Origin: Bryobacteraceae bacterium
GTDB lineage: Bacteria > Acidobacteriota > Terriglobia > Bryobacterales > Bryobacteraceae
Assembly: GCA_050010415.1 (NCBI GenBank)
Contig: JBEKLB010000018.1
Span: forward strand, 4,581-68,580
Direction: 5' to 3'
Length of the DNA stretch: 64,000 nt
Below, one piece after another: positions 52,289-61,336 of this stretch. Position 1 is the stretch's first letter. Each line of letters begins with the position of its first letter. Under the pieces are notes generated by a model, which had not been told where the DNA came from, made no database searches, and saw only the letters and a program-made list of their open reading frames with translations. The position numbers and the translations under genes were made by a program.

Positions 52289-53546
52289 ACAATTGCGCCG
52301 GCTTTCGATTTTCGTCGTCTTACTCGCGGCGGCTTGTTTTGGGCAGCCGGCCCATCCGCCCAACGCGGGGGCCCAGCAGGACAAACCGTACGTCTTATTG
52401 ATCTCGATCGACGGCTTCCGGTACGACTATGCGGAACGCGATCATGCCACGAATTTACTGGCCTTTGGCAAAAGCGGCGTTACCGCCAAAGCTCTGATTC
52501 CATCGTTCCCTACCACCACCTTTCCGAATCATTACACCATCGTCACCGGCCTTTATCCCGCGCATCACGGCATTGTCGATAACTTGTTTTGGGATCCGCA
52601 GCGGAACGCCGAATTCAAATCCAGCGATTCAGCTTCCTCTACCGGAAGCGGTTGGTGGGGTGGGACGCCTTTATGGGTGCTGGCGGAACAGCAGGGGATG
52701 CGCGCGGCATCATTCTTCTGGGTGGGAAGCGACGCGGAGATACAAGGCACGCGTCCCACCTATTTCTACAAGTACGACGGGAAAATTCCGAATGAGCAGC
52801 GGGTGAGCCAGGTGGTGGAATGGCTGAAGCTGCCCAAAGCAGAGCGGCCGCACTTCATCACACTGTATTTTTCCGACGTCGATCATGCAGGCCATCAGTT
52901 CGGTCCGGATGCGCCGCAAACGCGCGCCGCTATCCAGCAAATGGACGCTTTGCTCGCCAAGCTTTTCGGCGCGGTGCGAGCTCTGCCGATTCCGCTCGAC
53001 ATCTTTGTGGTTTCCGACCACGGCATGGCCACCGTAACAGGCGATGTCGATGTCTCGAAGCTAGCCAATCTGAATGGGGTGGAGGTGGCGCCCAACAGCA
53101 CTGATTTCAAGTTCTATTCGACCGATCCCAAACGAATCGACCAATTGTATTCGGAGCTGAAGGGGAAAGATCCGCGCATGGAAGTCTATCGTCGCAGTGA
53201 GATTCCGGAGCGTTTACACTACTCAGGCAATCCGCGAATCGGCGACCTGGTGGCTTTCGCGATCGCGCCCGTGGTTCTACACCTGGCTGCAAAACCCGGA
53301 CAGAGCGAACCCCGTGGCATGCATGGCTACGACGTTTCCAGGATGCCCGAAATGCACGGGATTTTTTACGCCGCCGGCCCCGATCTGAAGGCCGGGCTCA
53401 CGATCGAGGAGTTTCAGAACATCCACATCTATCCACTCATCGCGCACATTCTGGGGCTCGACGCGCCTGCCGGGATCGACGGAAAATTGTCCGTTCTCGC
53501 TCCTATTTTGAGCGAGCCCAGAAGCGCAGCGGCAGCCGCGAAGTAA
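52248..53546 (+). CDS. Ectonucleotide pyrophosphatase/phosphodiesterase (alkaline-phosphatase superfamily)
   Basis: LISIDGFRYDY, FPTTTFPNHYTIVTGLYPAHHGIV (nucleophile Thr region), DHAGHQFGP and SDHGM. Alternative start ATG 52269. Confidence 0.88.
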   Translation: MSTPPGPMPSLYTKQLRRLSIFVVLLAAACFGQPAHPPNAGAQQDKPYVLLISIDGFRYDYAERDHATNLLAFGKSGVTAKALIPSFPTTTFPNHYTIVTGLYPAHHGIVDNLFWDPQRNAEFKSSDSASSTGSGWWGGTPLWVLAEQQGMRAASFFWVGSDAEIQGTRPTYFYKYDGKIPNEQRVSQVVEWLKLPKAERPHFITLYFSDVDHAGHQFGPDAPQTRAAIQQMDALLAKLFGAVRALPIPLDIFVVSDHGMATVTGDVDVSKLANLNGVEVAPNSTDFKFYSTDPKRIDQLYSELKGKDPRMEVYRRSEIPERLHYSGNPRIGDLVAFAIAPVVLHLAAKPGQSEPRGMHGYDVSRMPEMHGIFYAAGPDLKAGLTIEEFQNIHIYPLIAHILGLDAPAGIDGKLSVLAPILSEPRSAAAAAK

Positions 53547-53548
53547 GC

Positions 53549-55180
53549 TCAGGCCAGCTCCAGCGCGCGGAACATCGCCAGGCGCTGCTCACGAATCGGG
53601 TCGCTCGCCACCTTGCTCTGATTGTTGATCACCATGGTCGGCCGCTCGGTGGCAGTGAACGCCGGCCAGTGCGGCAGCTTGGGCTGGTTGGGGTCGCCCG
53701 TGCGGGCGAACGCGATCCACGCGTCGCTCACCTTGTCCGCCAGAGCCATGGCATCCGCGCCACCGCCGGTGAGAGCGCGCGAGATCTGGACGTTGTCAAA
53801 GGCAAACGGAATTTCCATGGTGTGCGGCGAGTGCAGCCGGCCACCTTGCACCGGCGTCTCCCAGGTAAAGTAATACAGATAGACCGGGCCTTTGTTCAAC
53901 GCCGCGCGCCGCTCCGCGATCTTCATGATGGGAGCGCCGTAGCGATAATCGCTCGCGATGAGAAAGAAAAGATCCGACGGCGTGGCGCGGGGATTCTGCT
54001 TGCGATACACCTCGATCAGCGCGTCGCTTTCGGCGCCGGCCAGCGCTTTCACGCGGCCACGCATTCCCGCCTCATCCAGCGAGAAGGCGGCTTCGTCGCT
54101 CTGTAGCGTCATTTCGGTGCGCGTTGAGCCCAGCATCAAGGGCACATCGGCTGAAATTGGCGACGCAGCCGGATGGAACGGATGGTGCGGGATGGCCTTC
54201 CCATCCACGGTGGGCGAGAAGCCCTTGGTCATCTGATCCTGGCCGTTCATGTCTTTGACCACCGCGAAGTACGCGGACATGATGCGATCCACCGGCAGGT
54301 TTTGCAGTTCGCGGACCTGGTCCCCGCGAAGATTCAGCTTCGCGAGCAGCATTCCGGCTACGCCCGCGGCCTGTCCAATCTCAACCAATTGGATGGTGGG
54401 GCCGCTCTCGATCACGGCCCGGTGAAAGAGTCCCTTGGCCGACGGCATGGCGAGCAACGTGCCCACTTTGCGGCCACCGCCGGACTGGCCGAAGATCATC
54501 ACCGTATTCGGATCGCCGCCAAACTGCTCGATGTTGTCGCGCACCCAGCGCAGTGCGTGCACGATGTCGAGCATGCCGGCGTCACCCGACGCGGCGAAAT
54601 CCGATCCACCGAATTCGGCCAGATAGGTAAAGCCGAGAACATTCAGGCGGTGGTTGATGGTGACCACCACCACGTCGCCGCGCCGCGCGAGATTGGCGCC
54701 GTCAGTTCCGGGCGAAGACCCCGAGCCGCTCACGAAGCCCCCGCCATGGCACCAGAACAAGACGGGCCGTTTGCGTCCATCCTTCAGCGCCGGCGTCCAG
54801 ACGTTGAGCACCAGGCAGTCTTCGCCTTCGGGCGGCAGGTTGGCGCTGGCCGTGGATAGCGCGGACACTGAGCGTGGAGCGCCGGGGTTGCTCTGCGGCG
54901 TGCTGGGTCCATAATGCAGCGCATCGCGCACGCCGGACCACGGCGCTGGATCCTTCGGCGGCATGAAGCGATTCTGTCCCGCCGTGCTGGCTCCGTATGG
55001 AACGCCTTTGAAGCTTTTGATGCCCTGGATCTCTTCCCCGCGGATCTTACCGAACGTGGTTTCCGCGATCACGGAGCTGGGAGAATTCTGGGCCCGAGCC
55101 GTATCGCGGAAAAAGACGGCGGCTGCCGGTGCAACGGCCAGCAGCGGCGTTTGTTTTAGGAAAGTGCGACGATTCGTCAT
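53549..55180 (-). CDS. Carboxylesterase type B with a twin-arginine signal
   Basis: Tat motif NRRTFLK. EDCLVLNVW, the oxyanion HGGGF, and the nucleophile elbow IFGQSGGG. Confidence 0.9.
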   Translation of the reverse strand: MTNRRTFLKQTPLLAVAPAAAVFFRDTARAQNSPSSVIAETTFGKIRGEEIQGIKSFKGVPYGASTAGQNRFMPPKDPAPWSGVRDALHYGPSTPQSNPGAPRSVSALSTASANLPPEGEDCLVLNVWTPALKDGRKRPVLFWCHGGGFVSGSGSSPGTDGANLARRGDVVVVTINHRLNVLGFTYLAEFGGSDFAASGDAGMLDIVHALRWVRDNIEQFGGDPNTVMIFGQSGGGRKVGTLLAMPSAKGLFHRAVIESGPTIQLVEIGQAAGVAGMLLAKLNLRGDQVRELQNLPVDRIMSAYFAVVKDMNGQDQMTKGFSPTVDGKAIPHHPFHPAASPISADVPLMLGSTRTEMTLQSDEAAFSLDEAGMRGRVKALAGAESDALIEVYRKQNPRATPSDLFFLIASDYRYGAPIMKIAERRAALNKGPVYLYYFTWETPVQGGRLHSPHTMEIPFAFDNVQISRALTGGGADAMALADKVSDAWIAFARTGDPNQPKLPHWPAFTATERPTMVINNQSKVASDPIREQRLAMFRALELA

Positions 55181-55203
55181 GGAACGGCCTCCTGAGTATT
55201 GAT

Positions 55204-56118
55204 TTACGGTTGTGGCTTCGATGGCGTCTTCTGGACCGGCCGCTTGCGCGTTTTTGGCGGCGCGGATTTCGGCGTATTCTTGACAGTCTCCAGCCGCAGA
55301 TATCCAGCGGCGGCGCGCAACCGGACAGCTTCCGTCTTGTCGTCCAGCAACGGGGTGATGCTGGTCTCGAAGGCAGGTTCGTCCCGCAGCACCAGAGCGT
55401 GAACGGCGGCCGCTCTTACAGACCAGTCTTTATCCTGCAGCGCCTCCTTCAAGGCGATCAGCGTTTGCGGATCTTTGTCTTTTTCGAGCAGCAGCGCGGC
55501 GGTCGCGCGGCCGGAAACGGAAGGATCGGAAAGCAGGGCTTGCATCGAAGAAATGCCCTCGCCCAATCCTGGCACGGGAGCGAAACCGGCGCCCGTCTTC
55601 AACGCGAACAGAAACATTGGCTTGGGCGTATGCATCAGGCGCAGCGCATCGCGCTTCTGTTTCGCGAAATATCCGGACGAAGCCTTGCTCTCGCCGCTCA
55701 ATATAGAGAGCAGAGCCTTCTTGCCGTCGGGATCGTTCAGCGCCCACAGGGATCGCGCGGCGGCAAAGCTGACCTCCGGCACCTCATCGTTCAAAGCCTT
55801 GTGAAGGGCGGCATTGGTCCGGTCATTCTTGAGATCCGACATGCTGGCAACTGCGGCGAGCCGGACTTCCACGTCCTTATCGTCCAGCAACGATTCCAAT
55901 TGCGAAGGGAGCGGCTCGGCCGAACCCACCAGGCTGAGAGCAATGGCCGCCTGTTTGCGCGTGTCGGGATTCTTATCGGTGAGCGCCTTGTTGAGGATGT
56001 CCTGGCATTGCTGAACGCGACCCGTGACAACCGGGGCGGCCGAGGGCGGCGAAGTCTGGCTCATCGTGATCACGGGCCAGAGAAGCGAAAATAAAACCGT
56101 ACGCTCGATGCTTTTCAT
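55204..56118 (-). CDS. Exported HEAT-repeat protein
   Basis: Signal peptide plus repeated D..V/DVR.AA..AL units (DKNPDTRKQAAIAL, DKDVEVRLAAVASM, DKDWSVRAAAVHAL). Confidence 0.75.
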   Translation of the reverse strand: MKSIERTVLFSLLWPVITMSQTSPPSAAPVVTGRVQQCQDILNKALTDKNPDTRKQAAIALSLVGSAEPLPSQLESLLDDKDVEVRLAAVASMSDLKNDRTNAALHKALNDEVPEVSFAAARSLWALNDPDGKKALLSILSGESKASSGYFAKQKRDALRLMHTPKPMFLFALKTGAGFAPVPGLGEGISSMQALLSDPSVSGRATAALLLEKDKDPQTLIALKEALQDKDWSVRAAAVHALVLRDEPAFETSITPLLDDKTEAVRLRAAAGYLRLETVKNTPKSAPPKTRKRPVQKTPSKPQP

Positions 56119-56250
56119 CGCTGGATTTGCTCTCCAGTATACGACCCTTCAAACACCAGTACGTCACTCCAGTAACGCCATGCCCGTAACGCGTGCGCGG
56201 CGCGCAGGATAGTTTATGTGATATAAAACCGGTGTTGCCCAGGAGATGGT

Positions 56251-57267
56251 ATGAATTGGAAGCGAGTTTTCGTTGCCGTCCTGCTGGCGTCCATTTGCTT
56301 TCTGATCCAGTCTGCAATCGCCGACATTTATCCGGTCATCCTGCACGGAAAAGTGGTGATGGAGGATGGCTCGCCTCCTCCGATTGCGGTCTCCATCGAA
56401 CGGGTCTGCAGCGACGTTAGCGGGTCAATGCCAGGCGTCCTCACCGACAAAAAAGGCGAGTACATCTGGCGCATGAACATCGATCCGTTGGAGACGCGCA
56501 ATTGTGTAATCCGCGCCAGCCACACCGGCTACAGCTCCACTGAGGTGGAAGTTTCGGGCGTGGACACTACTCACACCACTCTCGATCTTCCGCCGATCGT
56601 GATTCGCACTTCGGTGTTTGACCCCTATACGCTTAGTTTTTCCGATAAGGGGATTTCCGGGCGCGCGTTGGGGGATTGGAAGGCCGCGATCAAGGCGCTG
56701 GACAGTCAGAACCTTGCCGAGGCTGCGCCGCACCTGGAGGCCGTCACGGCAGCTTCCGGGAAGGCAGCGCAAGCCTGGCACGCCTTGGGTGTGATTGACG
56801 ACCGGCTCAACAAACCGGCCGAAGCGCACGCGGCTTACGAGCACGGCATCACTGCCGACCCCAAGTTCTTGCGCACGTATGTAGCTCTTGCGCGCCTCTG
56901 CATCAAGACCAAGGATTGGAACTGCGCGGGGGAGACCTCTGACGCTTTGATCAAGGCAGATCCCAAGCATTCTTATCCCGAAATCTATCTTCATCGAGCT
57001 GTCGCGCGCTATGAATTGAAGGATCTGAGTGGCGCTCAGGCCAGCGTGGAAGAGAGCATGCGCCTGGACTCGAAGCTTGCGCGAGCGGAATATGTGTTGG
57101 GACGGATTCTGGAGGCTAAGGGCGATCTGGCCGGAGCGAAGGCGCACATGACCAAGTATCTGCAGTTAGAGCCGGCTGCTCCCGACATCGAGTTGGTTCG
57201 CGGGCATATCGACAATCTTGGAAAGCCGGAGGCTAACGATGTCGATCCTCCGCTGGAGCCGCTGTAA
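56251..57267 (+). CDS. Exported TPR-repeat protein with an N-terminal beta-sandwich (CarboxypepD_reg-like)
   Basis: Signal peptide. YPVILHGKVVMEDGSPPP...VIRASHTGY. TPR units follow (AWHALGVIDDRLNKPAEAHAAYEHGITADP...). Confidence 0.8.
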   Translation: MNWKRVFVAVLLASICFLIQSAIADIYPVILHGKVVMEDGSPPPIAVSIERVCSDVSGSMPGVLTDKKGEYIWRMNIDPLETRNCVIRASHTGYSSTEVEVSGVDTTHTTLDLPPIVIRTSVFDPYTLSFSDKGISGRALGDWKAAIKALDSQNLAEAAPHLEAVTAASGKAAQAWHALGVIDDRLNKPAEAHAAYEHGITADPKFLRTYVALARLCIKTKDWNCAGETSDALIKADPKHSYPEIYLHRAVARYELKDLSGAQASVEESMRLDSKLARAEYVLGRILEAKGDLAGAKAHMTKYLQLEPAAPDIELVRGHIDNLGKPEANDVDPPLEPL

Positions 57268-57910
57268 GCTCGGTCCTCAGCTCCATCCAGATCTGGTAGT
57301 AGCGCCACTCGGCCGGCGGATTTTCCTCCTGGTAGTGATCGGGCAGCAAGGTGAGAGTGCCGGTGGAAAGCAGAATCTGCTTCACTTTGGGATTCTGTTC
57401 CAGCTTCGCGCGCATCGCGGCCACGATGATACGGTAATGCTCGCCCCTTTTGAGGGACCAGTATTTCATCCGCTTTTGATCGAACGTTACCCAATCGATA
57501 CCCATCGTCCGCATGTTCTTCTCGCCGAGTTCGCCTGCGTTCTTGGCGTCAAAGGCGGTCATCTGCGCGACTTCTGCGCGAGTATGCGTCCAGGTGATGC
57601 CCGGAAATTTAGCGCGCGGATCGGATGGGCCTTCCGGGTACAGCATCATCTGCCAAAATCCCTCGACGCTCGCGTAGCGCTTGCCATCGAGCGTGAACGG
57701 AGTGGCCGCAAAGTTCGACAGAATGCCGAGCTCGTTGCGTTTGGAGAGAATCACTTCGCCGGGCTTCGCCGCTTGTGGAAGTATCTCCCAATCGGGCTTG
57801 TTGGTTTCCGGGACAGGCGTCCACCAGTGCGCAGGATACTGCTGAGCGGAGAGGTATTGCGCCGCGAGCATCGCGATCAGCGCGGCAACATGAAAGCTTC
57901 TAGTTGGCAT
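57233..57910 (-). CDS. NADAR (DUF1768/YbiA-like) domain protein with a signal peptide
   Basis: ILSNFAATPFTLDGKRYASVEGFWQ is the NADAR hallmark (xLSNFxxxPFxxDGxxYxSxEHxxQ). The leader is MPTRSFHVAALIAMLAAQYLSAQ. The 3' end overlaps the TPR gene by 35 nt (convergent). Confidence 0.75.
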   Translation of the reverse strand: MPTRSFHVAALIAMLAAQYLSAQQYPAHWWTPVPETNKPDWEILPQAAKPGEVILSKRNELGILSNFAATPFTLDGKRYASVEGFWQMMLYPEGPSDPRAKFPGITWTHTRAEVAQMTAFDAKNAGELGEKNMRTMGIDWVTFDQKRMKYWSLKRGEHYRIIVAAMRAKLEQNPKVKQILLSTGTLTLLPDHYQEENPPAEWRYYQIWMELRTELTAAPAEDRHR

Positions 57911-57937
57911 GCCGGGGGGCTGTCCCTAATATAGGGT

Positions 57938-59260
57938 ATGGCTCCGCTGGAGCGCTATTTCGAATTCAAAAAACTGAACACCACCTGGAAGACCGAGATC
58001 CTGGCCGGGGTCACGACGTTCATCACGATGGCCTATATCGTGTTCGTGAACCCCGCCATTCTCAAGGACGCAGGCATGCCCGTGCAGGCCGTGTTCGCGG
58101 CCACCTGCCTGGCCGCCGCGTTCGGCAGCATCCTGATGGGAGCATTTGCGCGCTATCCCATCGCCCTTGCGCCGGGCATGGGATTGAACGCATACTTCAC
58201 GTATACCGTCGTCAAGGGCATGGGCGTACCGTGGCAAACGGCGCTGGGTGCGGTGTTTCTGTCGGGCGTGGCGTTCCTGATTCTTACCGTGACCGGCATT
58301 CGGCAATGGATCATCGCCGCAATTCCGTCGGAACTATACGCCGCGGTGAGCGCTGGGATTGGCCTGTTCATCGCCTTCGTCGGACTGCGCAACGCCGGCA
58401 TCGTGAGGGCGGATCCAGCGACCATCGTCTCCATGGGAAACCTGCGCGATCCCAACGTCGCGCTCGCGGTGTTCGGAATCCTGATCATTGCGACGCTCCA
58501 AGCCTGGAAGGTGCGAGCGGCCATTCTGCTCGGCATTCTTTCCACTACCGCGGTCGGCGCCGCGGCCGGGTTGGTCCATTGGCAGCCGCAATCCTATCAA
58601 TGGAGCGACATTTCGGGGACCATGCTGCATTTGGACATTCGAGGCGCGCTCGGGCTGGGGCTGCTCGAAATCGTCTTCGTCTTCCTGTTCGTGGATCTAT
58701 TCGACAACCTGGGCACCCTGATGGGTGTCAGCAAGAAAGCCGGGTTGTTAGAGGCCGGCAATAGCAAGCCGGGCAGCCGAATCCCGCGCCTGAATCGCAT
58801 TTTGCTGACGGATGCCACTGCCACCATCGGCGGATCTTTGCTCGGAACCACAACCGTGGTCAGTTACATTGAGAGCGCAGCCGGCGTGGCTGCGGGTGGC
58901 CGCACAGGCGTAACGTCCATCGTCACGGGGCTACTCTTCATAGCGGCCCTGTTCATCGCGCCACTGATTGGAGCGGTGCCAGCGGCGGCCACAGCGCCCG
59001 CGCTGGTAGTGGTGGGCGGCTTGATGATTTCCGCGGTTGCAGAGATTCCGTGGGATGACGCCTGCACGGCCTTCCCCGCCTTCTTGACTTTGATTACCAT
59101 CCCGCTGACATTTAGCATCGCCAATGGCCTGGCTTGCGGAATTATTTCTTACGTCATCATCCACCTCGCCAGCGGGCGAGGCCGGCAAGTGCCCTGGGCG
59201 GCTTATTTGCTCGCAGTGCTCTTGATGATCCGGTTCGTTTACATTGGAGCCAAAACTTAG
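57938..59260 (+). CDS. NCS2/AzgA-family purine (adenine/guanine/hypoxanthine) permease
   Basis: LERYFEFKKLNTTWKTEILAGVTTFITMAYIVFVNPAIL and multiple TM segments, typical of AzgA/PurP-type permeases. Confidence 0.9.
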   Translation: MAPLERYFEFKKLNTTWKTEILAGVTTFITMAYIVFVNPAILKDAGMPVQAVFAATCLAAAFGSILMGAFARYPIALAPGMGLNAYFTYTVVKGMGVPWQTALGAVFLSGVAFLILTVTGIRQWIIAAIPSELYAAVSAGIGLFIAFVGLRNAGIVRADPATIVSMGNLRDPNVALAVFGILIIATLQAWKVRAAILLGILSTTAVGAAAGLVHWQPQSYQWSDISGTMLHLDIRGALGLGLLEIVFVFLFVDLFDNLGTLMGVSKKAGLLEAGNSKPGSRIPRLNRILLTDATATIGGSLLGTTTVVSYIESAAGVAAGGRTGVTSIVTGLLFIAALFIAPLIGAVPAAATAPALVVVGGLMISAVAEIPWDDACTAFPAFLTLITIPLTFSIANGLACGIISYVIIHLASGRGRQVPWAAYLLAVLLMIRFVYIGAKT

Positions 59261-59394
59261 CAGGTTGCTGAAAAAGCCCGGCAGGCTGAAGCCCGCCCTA
59301 CACGGGAACACTTACGTGATTGATAGCCCGTGTGGCGTAGGCGCCCACGCCTGCGGTTCGCGGATGTGGAAGGGCTTTTTCAGCAACCTGTTAG
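59257..59394. mobile_element. MITE-like palindromic element, copy 2 (130-bp core flanked by TTAG direct repeats)
   Basis: Perfect 19-bp terminal inverted repeats CAGGTTGCTGAAAAAGCCC (59261-59279) and GGGCTTTTTCAGCAACCTG (59372-59390). TTAG is found at 59257-59260 and at 59391-59394. It is inverted relative to copy 1 and has a longer central segment. Confidence 0.75.
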
Positions 59395-60629
59395 GAGGCG
59401 AGTTGCGCGAGCGTTTCGGCCAGCACCAGCGTACCCTGCGCAATCGCTTCCGGCGAAGCATACTCATCCGGCCGATGGCTGACACCGCCGCGGCACGGAA
59501 TAAAGAGCATCGCCGTCGGCGCGATCCGCGACATAAATAGCGAATCGTGGTAAGCGCGGCTGATCATGCGCTCGCAGGCCAGGCCGTGCGTTTTTGAGGC
59601 TTGCATCAAGGCGTCCACAACCAGCGGAGCACATTGTGCGGGCGGGTCGGCGTTGACCAGTTCTAGTTTCGCTTGGACGCCGCGGCGAGCTGAGATCTCC
59701 TCGCAAGCCTGTTCGATTCTTCGCAACGCTTGATCGCGCCGCGCCTGGTCGATATCGCGCACATCGATTTCGATTCGCGCGCGGCTGGGGACGCTATTGA
59801 CGGCGCCTGGAAACACTTCGCATACGCCGACCGTTGCCACCGTATCGATGGATCCGCTGGAGAAGGCGCTCTTCTCCACTGCCAAGGCGATCTCAGCGGC
59901 TGCAAGAAACGCATCGTGCCGGTCAGGCATCAGCACAGCTCCCGCGTGGCCGCCTTCGCCGTCGATCGTTATTTTGAGGCTAGCCGGCGCGGCGATCGCT
60001 GTAACTACACCCAGCGGGATGTTGTGCCGTTCCAGAAGCGGTCCCTGTTCGATATGCATTTCAACGAAGGCCGAATAGTATCCCTCTGGCAAGCGGACCG
60101 ACGACAATGGACCTTCGAATCCCGCCGACGTTCGAGTACTTTCCAGCGAAACTCCATCGCGATCCACCAGGCCGCCGGCGATTTCAGGATCGAGCAGACC
60201 ACCCAGCAACCGGCTCCCGAGGCATCCAATGCCAAATCGTGTGGGCTCTTCGGACGTGAATATGACAAGCTCGATGGATCGGCGCGGTTGGTAACCAGCG
60301 TGCATCAGTGCGCGAATCGCTTCCAGGCCCCCTAGTACTCCAACCGTTCCATCGAAACGCCCGGCATTGGGAATGGCATCTATATGAGAGCCGGTTCCGA
60401 CCGGTTCTAACTCGGGATTCTCACCAACCCATCGCGCGAAGGTGTTCCCAACGGCATCCTCGCGAACGATGAGGCCGGTTTCGCGGCAGAGGCTCTTGAC
60501 GAATTCCCGCGCGCGCAAATCCGCTTCCGTGAAAACGACGCGAGTCACCACGGGAGGGGCTTCCTGCGAAATCGCGCCCAGTGCGTCCAGCTCGTTCGCC
60601 AGGCGCTCCTGGTCGATATCGAGTTTCAT
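59391..60629 (-). CDS. M20-family amidohydrolase (allantoate amidohydrolase / ureidoglycolate amidohydrolase / carbamoylase type)
   Basis: GSHIDAIPNAGRFDGTVGVLGGLEAIRAL and FTSEEPTRFG metal-ligand motifs. ATG 60629 forms an ATGA overlap with the upstream stop. The ORF is open to 60713. Confidence 0.85.
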   Translation of the reverse strand: MKLDIDQERLANELDALGAISQEAPPVVTRVVFTEADLRAREFVKSLCRETGLIVREDAVGNTFARWVGENPELEPVGTGSHIDAIPNAGRFDGTVGVLGGLEAIRALMHAGYQPRRSIELVIFTSEEPTRFGIGCLGSRLLGGLLDPEIAGGLVDRDGVSLESTRTSAGFEGPLSSVRLPEGYYSAFVEMHIEQGPLLERHNIPLGVVTAIAAPASLKITIDGEGGHAGAVLMPDRHDAFLAAAEIALAVEKSAFSSGSIDTVATVGVCEVFPGAVNSVPSRARIEIDVRDIDQARRDQALRRIEQACEEISARRGVQAKLELVNADPPAQCAPLVVDALMQASKTHGLACERMISRAYHDSLFMSRIAPTAMLFIPCRGGVSHRPDEYASPEAIAQGTLVLAETLAQLAS

Positions 60630-61336
60630 CGATTCCAATCTTTGTAGATCAGATATTTTGCAGGCGTTTTTCCCAGCGCTCCGAACCACTGGGGACAATA
60701 AGGCGCCATCCAAATGAAATCGCCTTCCGCTACCGGATACCAGGAATCGCCGAGGCGATAGATCCCGCCGCCCTGGAGCATCAGCAGGCCATGCTCCATC
60801 ACGTGGATCTCAACCATCGAGAGCGCTGCGCCGGGAAGAGAGGTCATGGTGTTTACTGCAAAGTCGAAGGAAGGATGGTCTGGCAAGAGGGCGCGAACCT
60901 GGAGCGCATCGTCCCCCATCAATGGCGCAGCGGCAACCTGGTTCTCGCGGCGAGTGAAAAAATCGGGCGCGGCCACGCCGGGCAATGGCTGATAGGCCTT
61001 CTCGATGATCGCTGCGCGCGCTACGCTCTTCGCGGAAACCACCGCCCGGTGGTCCGCGGGAAAATACCCATAGCCGCCCGGAGCCAGCACCGTTCCGTTC
61101 ACTTCCACTTCACCTTCGATCACATAAAGGAACCGCTGCGCCATCGCGGGCGGCAGCAATCCTCCGGCTTCGAACTCCACGGTGTATTGCGTGAACCGTG
61201 CGCCGATGGCCGGTGCGGCATGAACGATGGCGGTCGCCTTTTGCATTCCAGGCTGCGGCGCGCGAACGAACGTATCGGGCGTCTGCAGAAGGTGGTTCGC
61301 TCGGTGAGCGCTACGAGTTTGTCCTAATTGGTGCAT
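60626..61336 (-). CDS. Cupin protein, (S)-ureidoglycine aminohydrolase-like (AllE/YlbA type)
   Basis: 236-aa bicupin-sized ORF (ARFTQYTVEFEAGG..., FLYVIEGEVEV, HVMEHGLLMLQGGGIYRLGDSWYPV) located between allantoinase and an M20 hydrolase. Confidence 0.7.
   Translation of the reverse strand: MHQLGQTRSAHRANHLLQTPDTFVRAPQPGMQKATAIVHAAPAIGARFTQYTVEFEAGGLLPPAMAQRFLYVIEGEVEVNGTVLAPGGYGYFPADHRAVVSAKSVARAAIIEKAYQPLPGVAAPDFFTRRENQVAAAPLMGDDALQVRALLPDHPSFDFAVNTMTSLPGAALSMVEIHVMEHGLLMLQGGGIYRLGDSWYPVAEGDFIWMAPYCPQWFGALGKTPAKYLIYKDWNR

Noticed and set aside
55129-56094. 321-aa ORF antisense to the HEAT-repeat gene
   Set aside because: It is a shadow ORF, Arg/Gly/Gln-rich.
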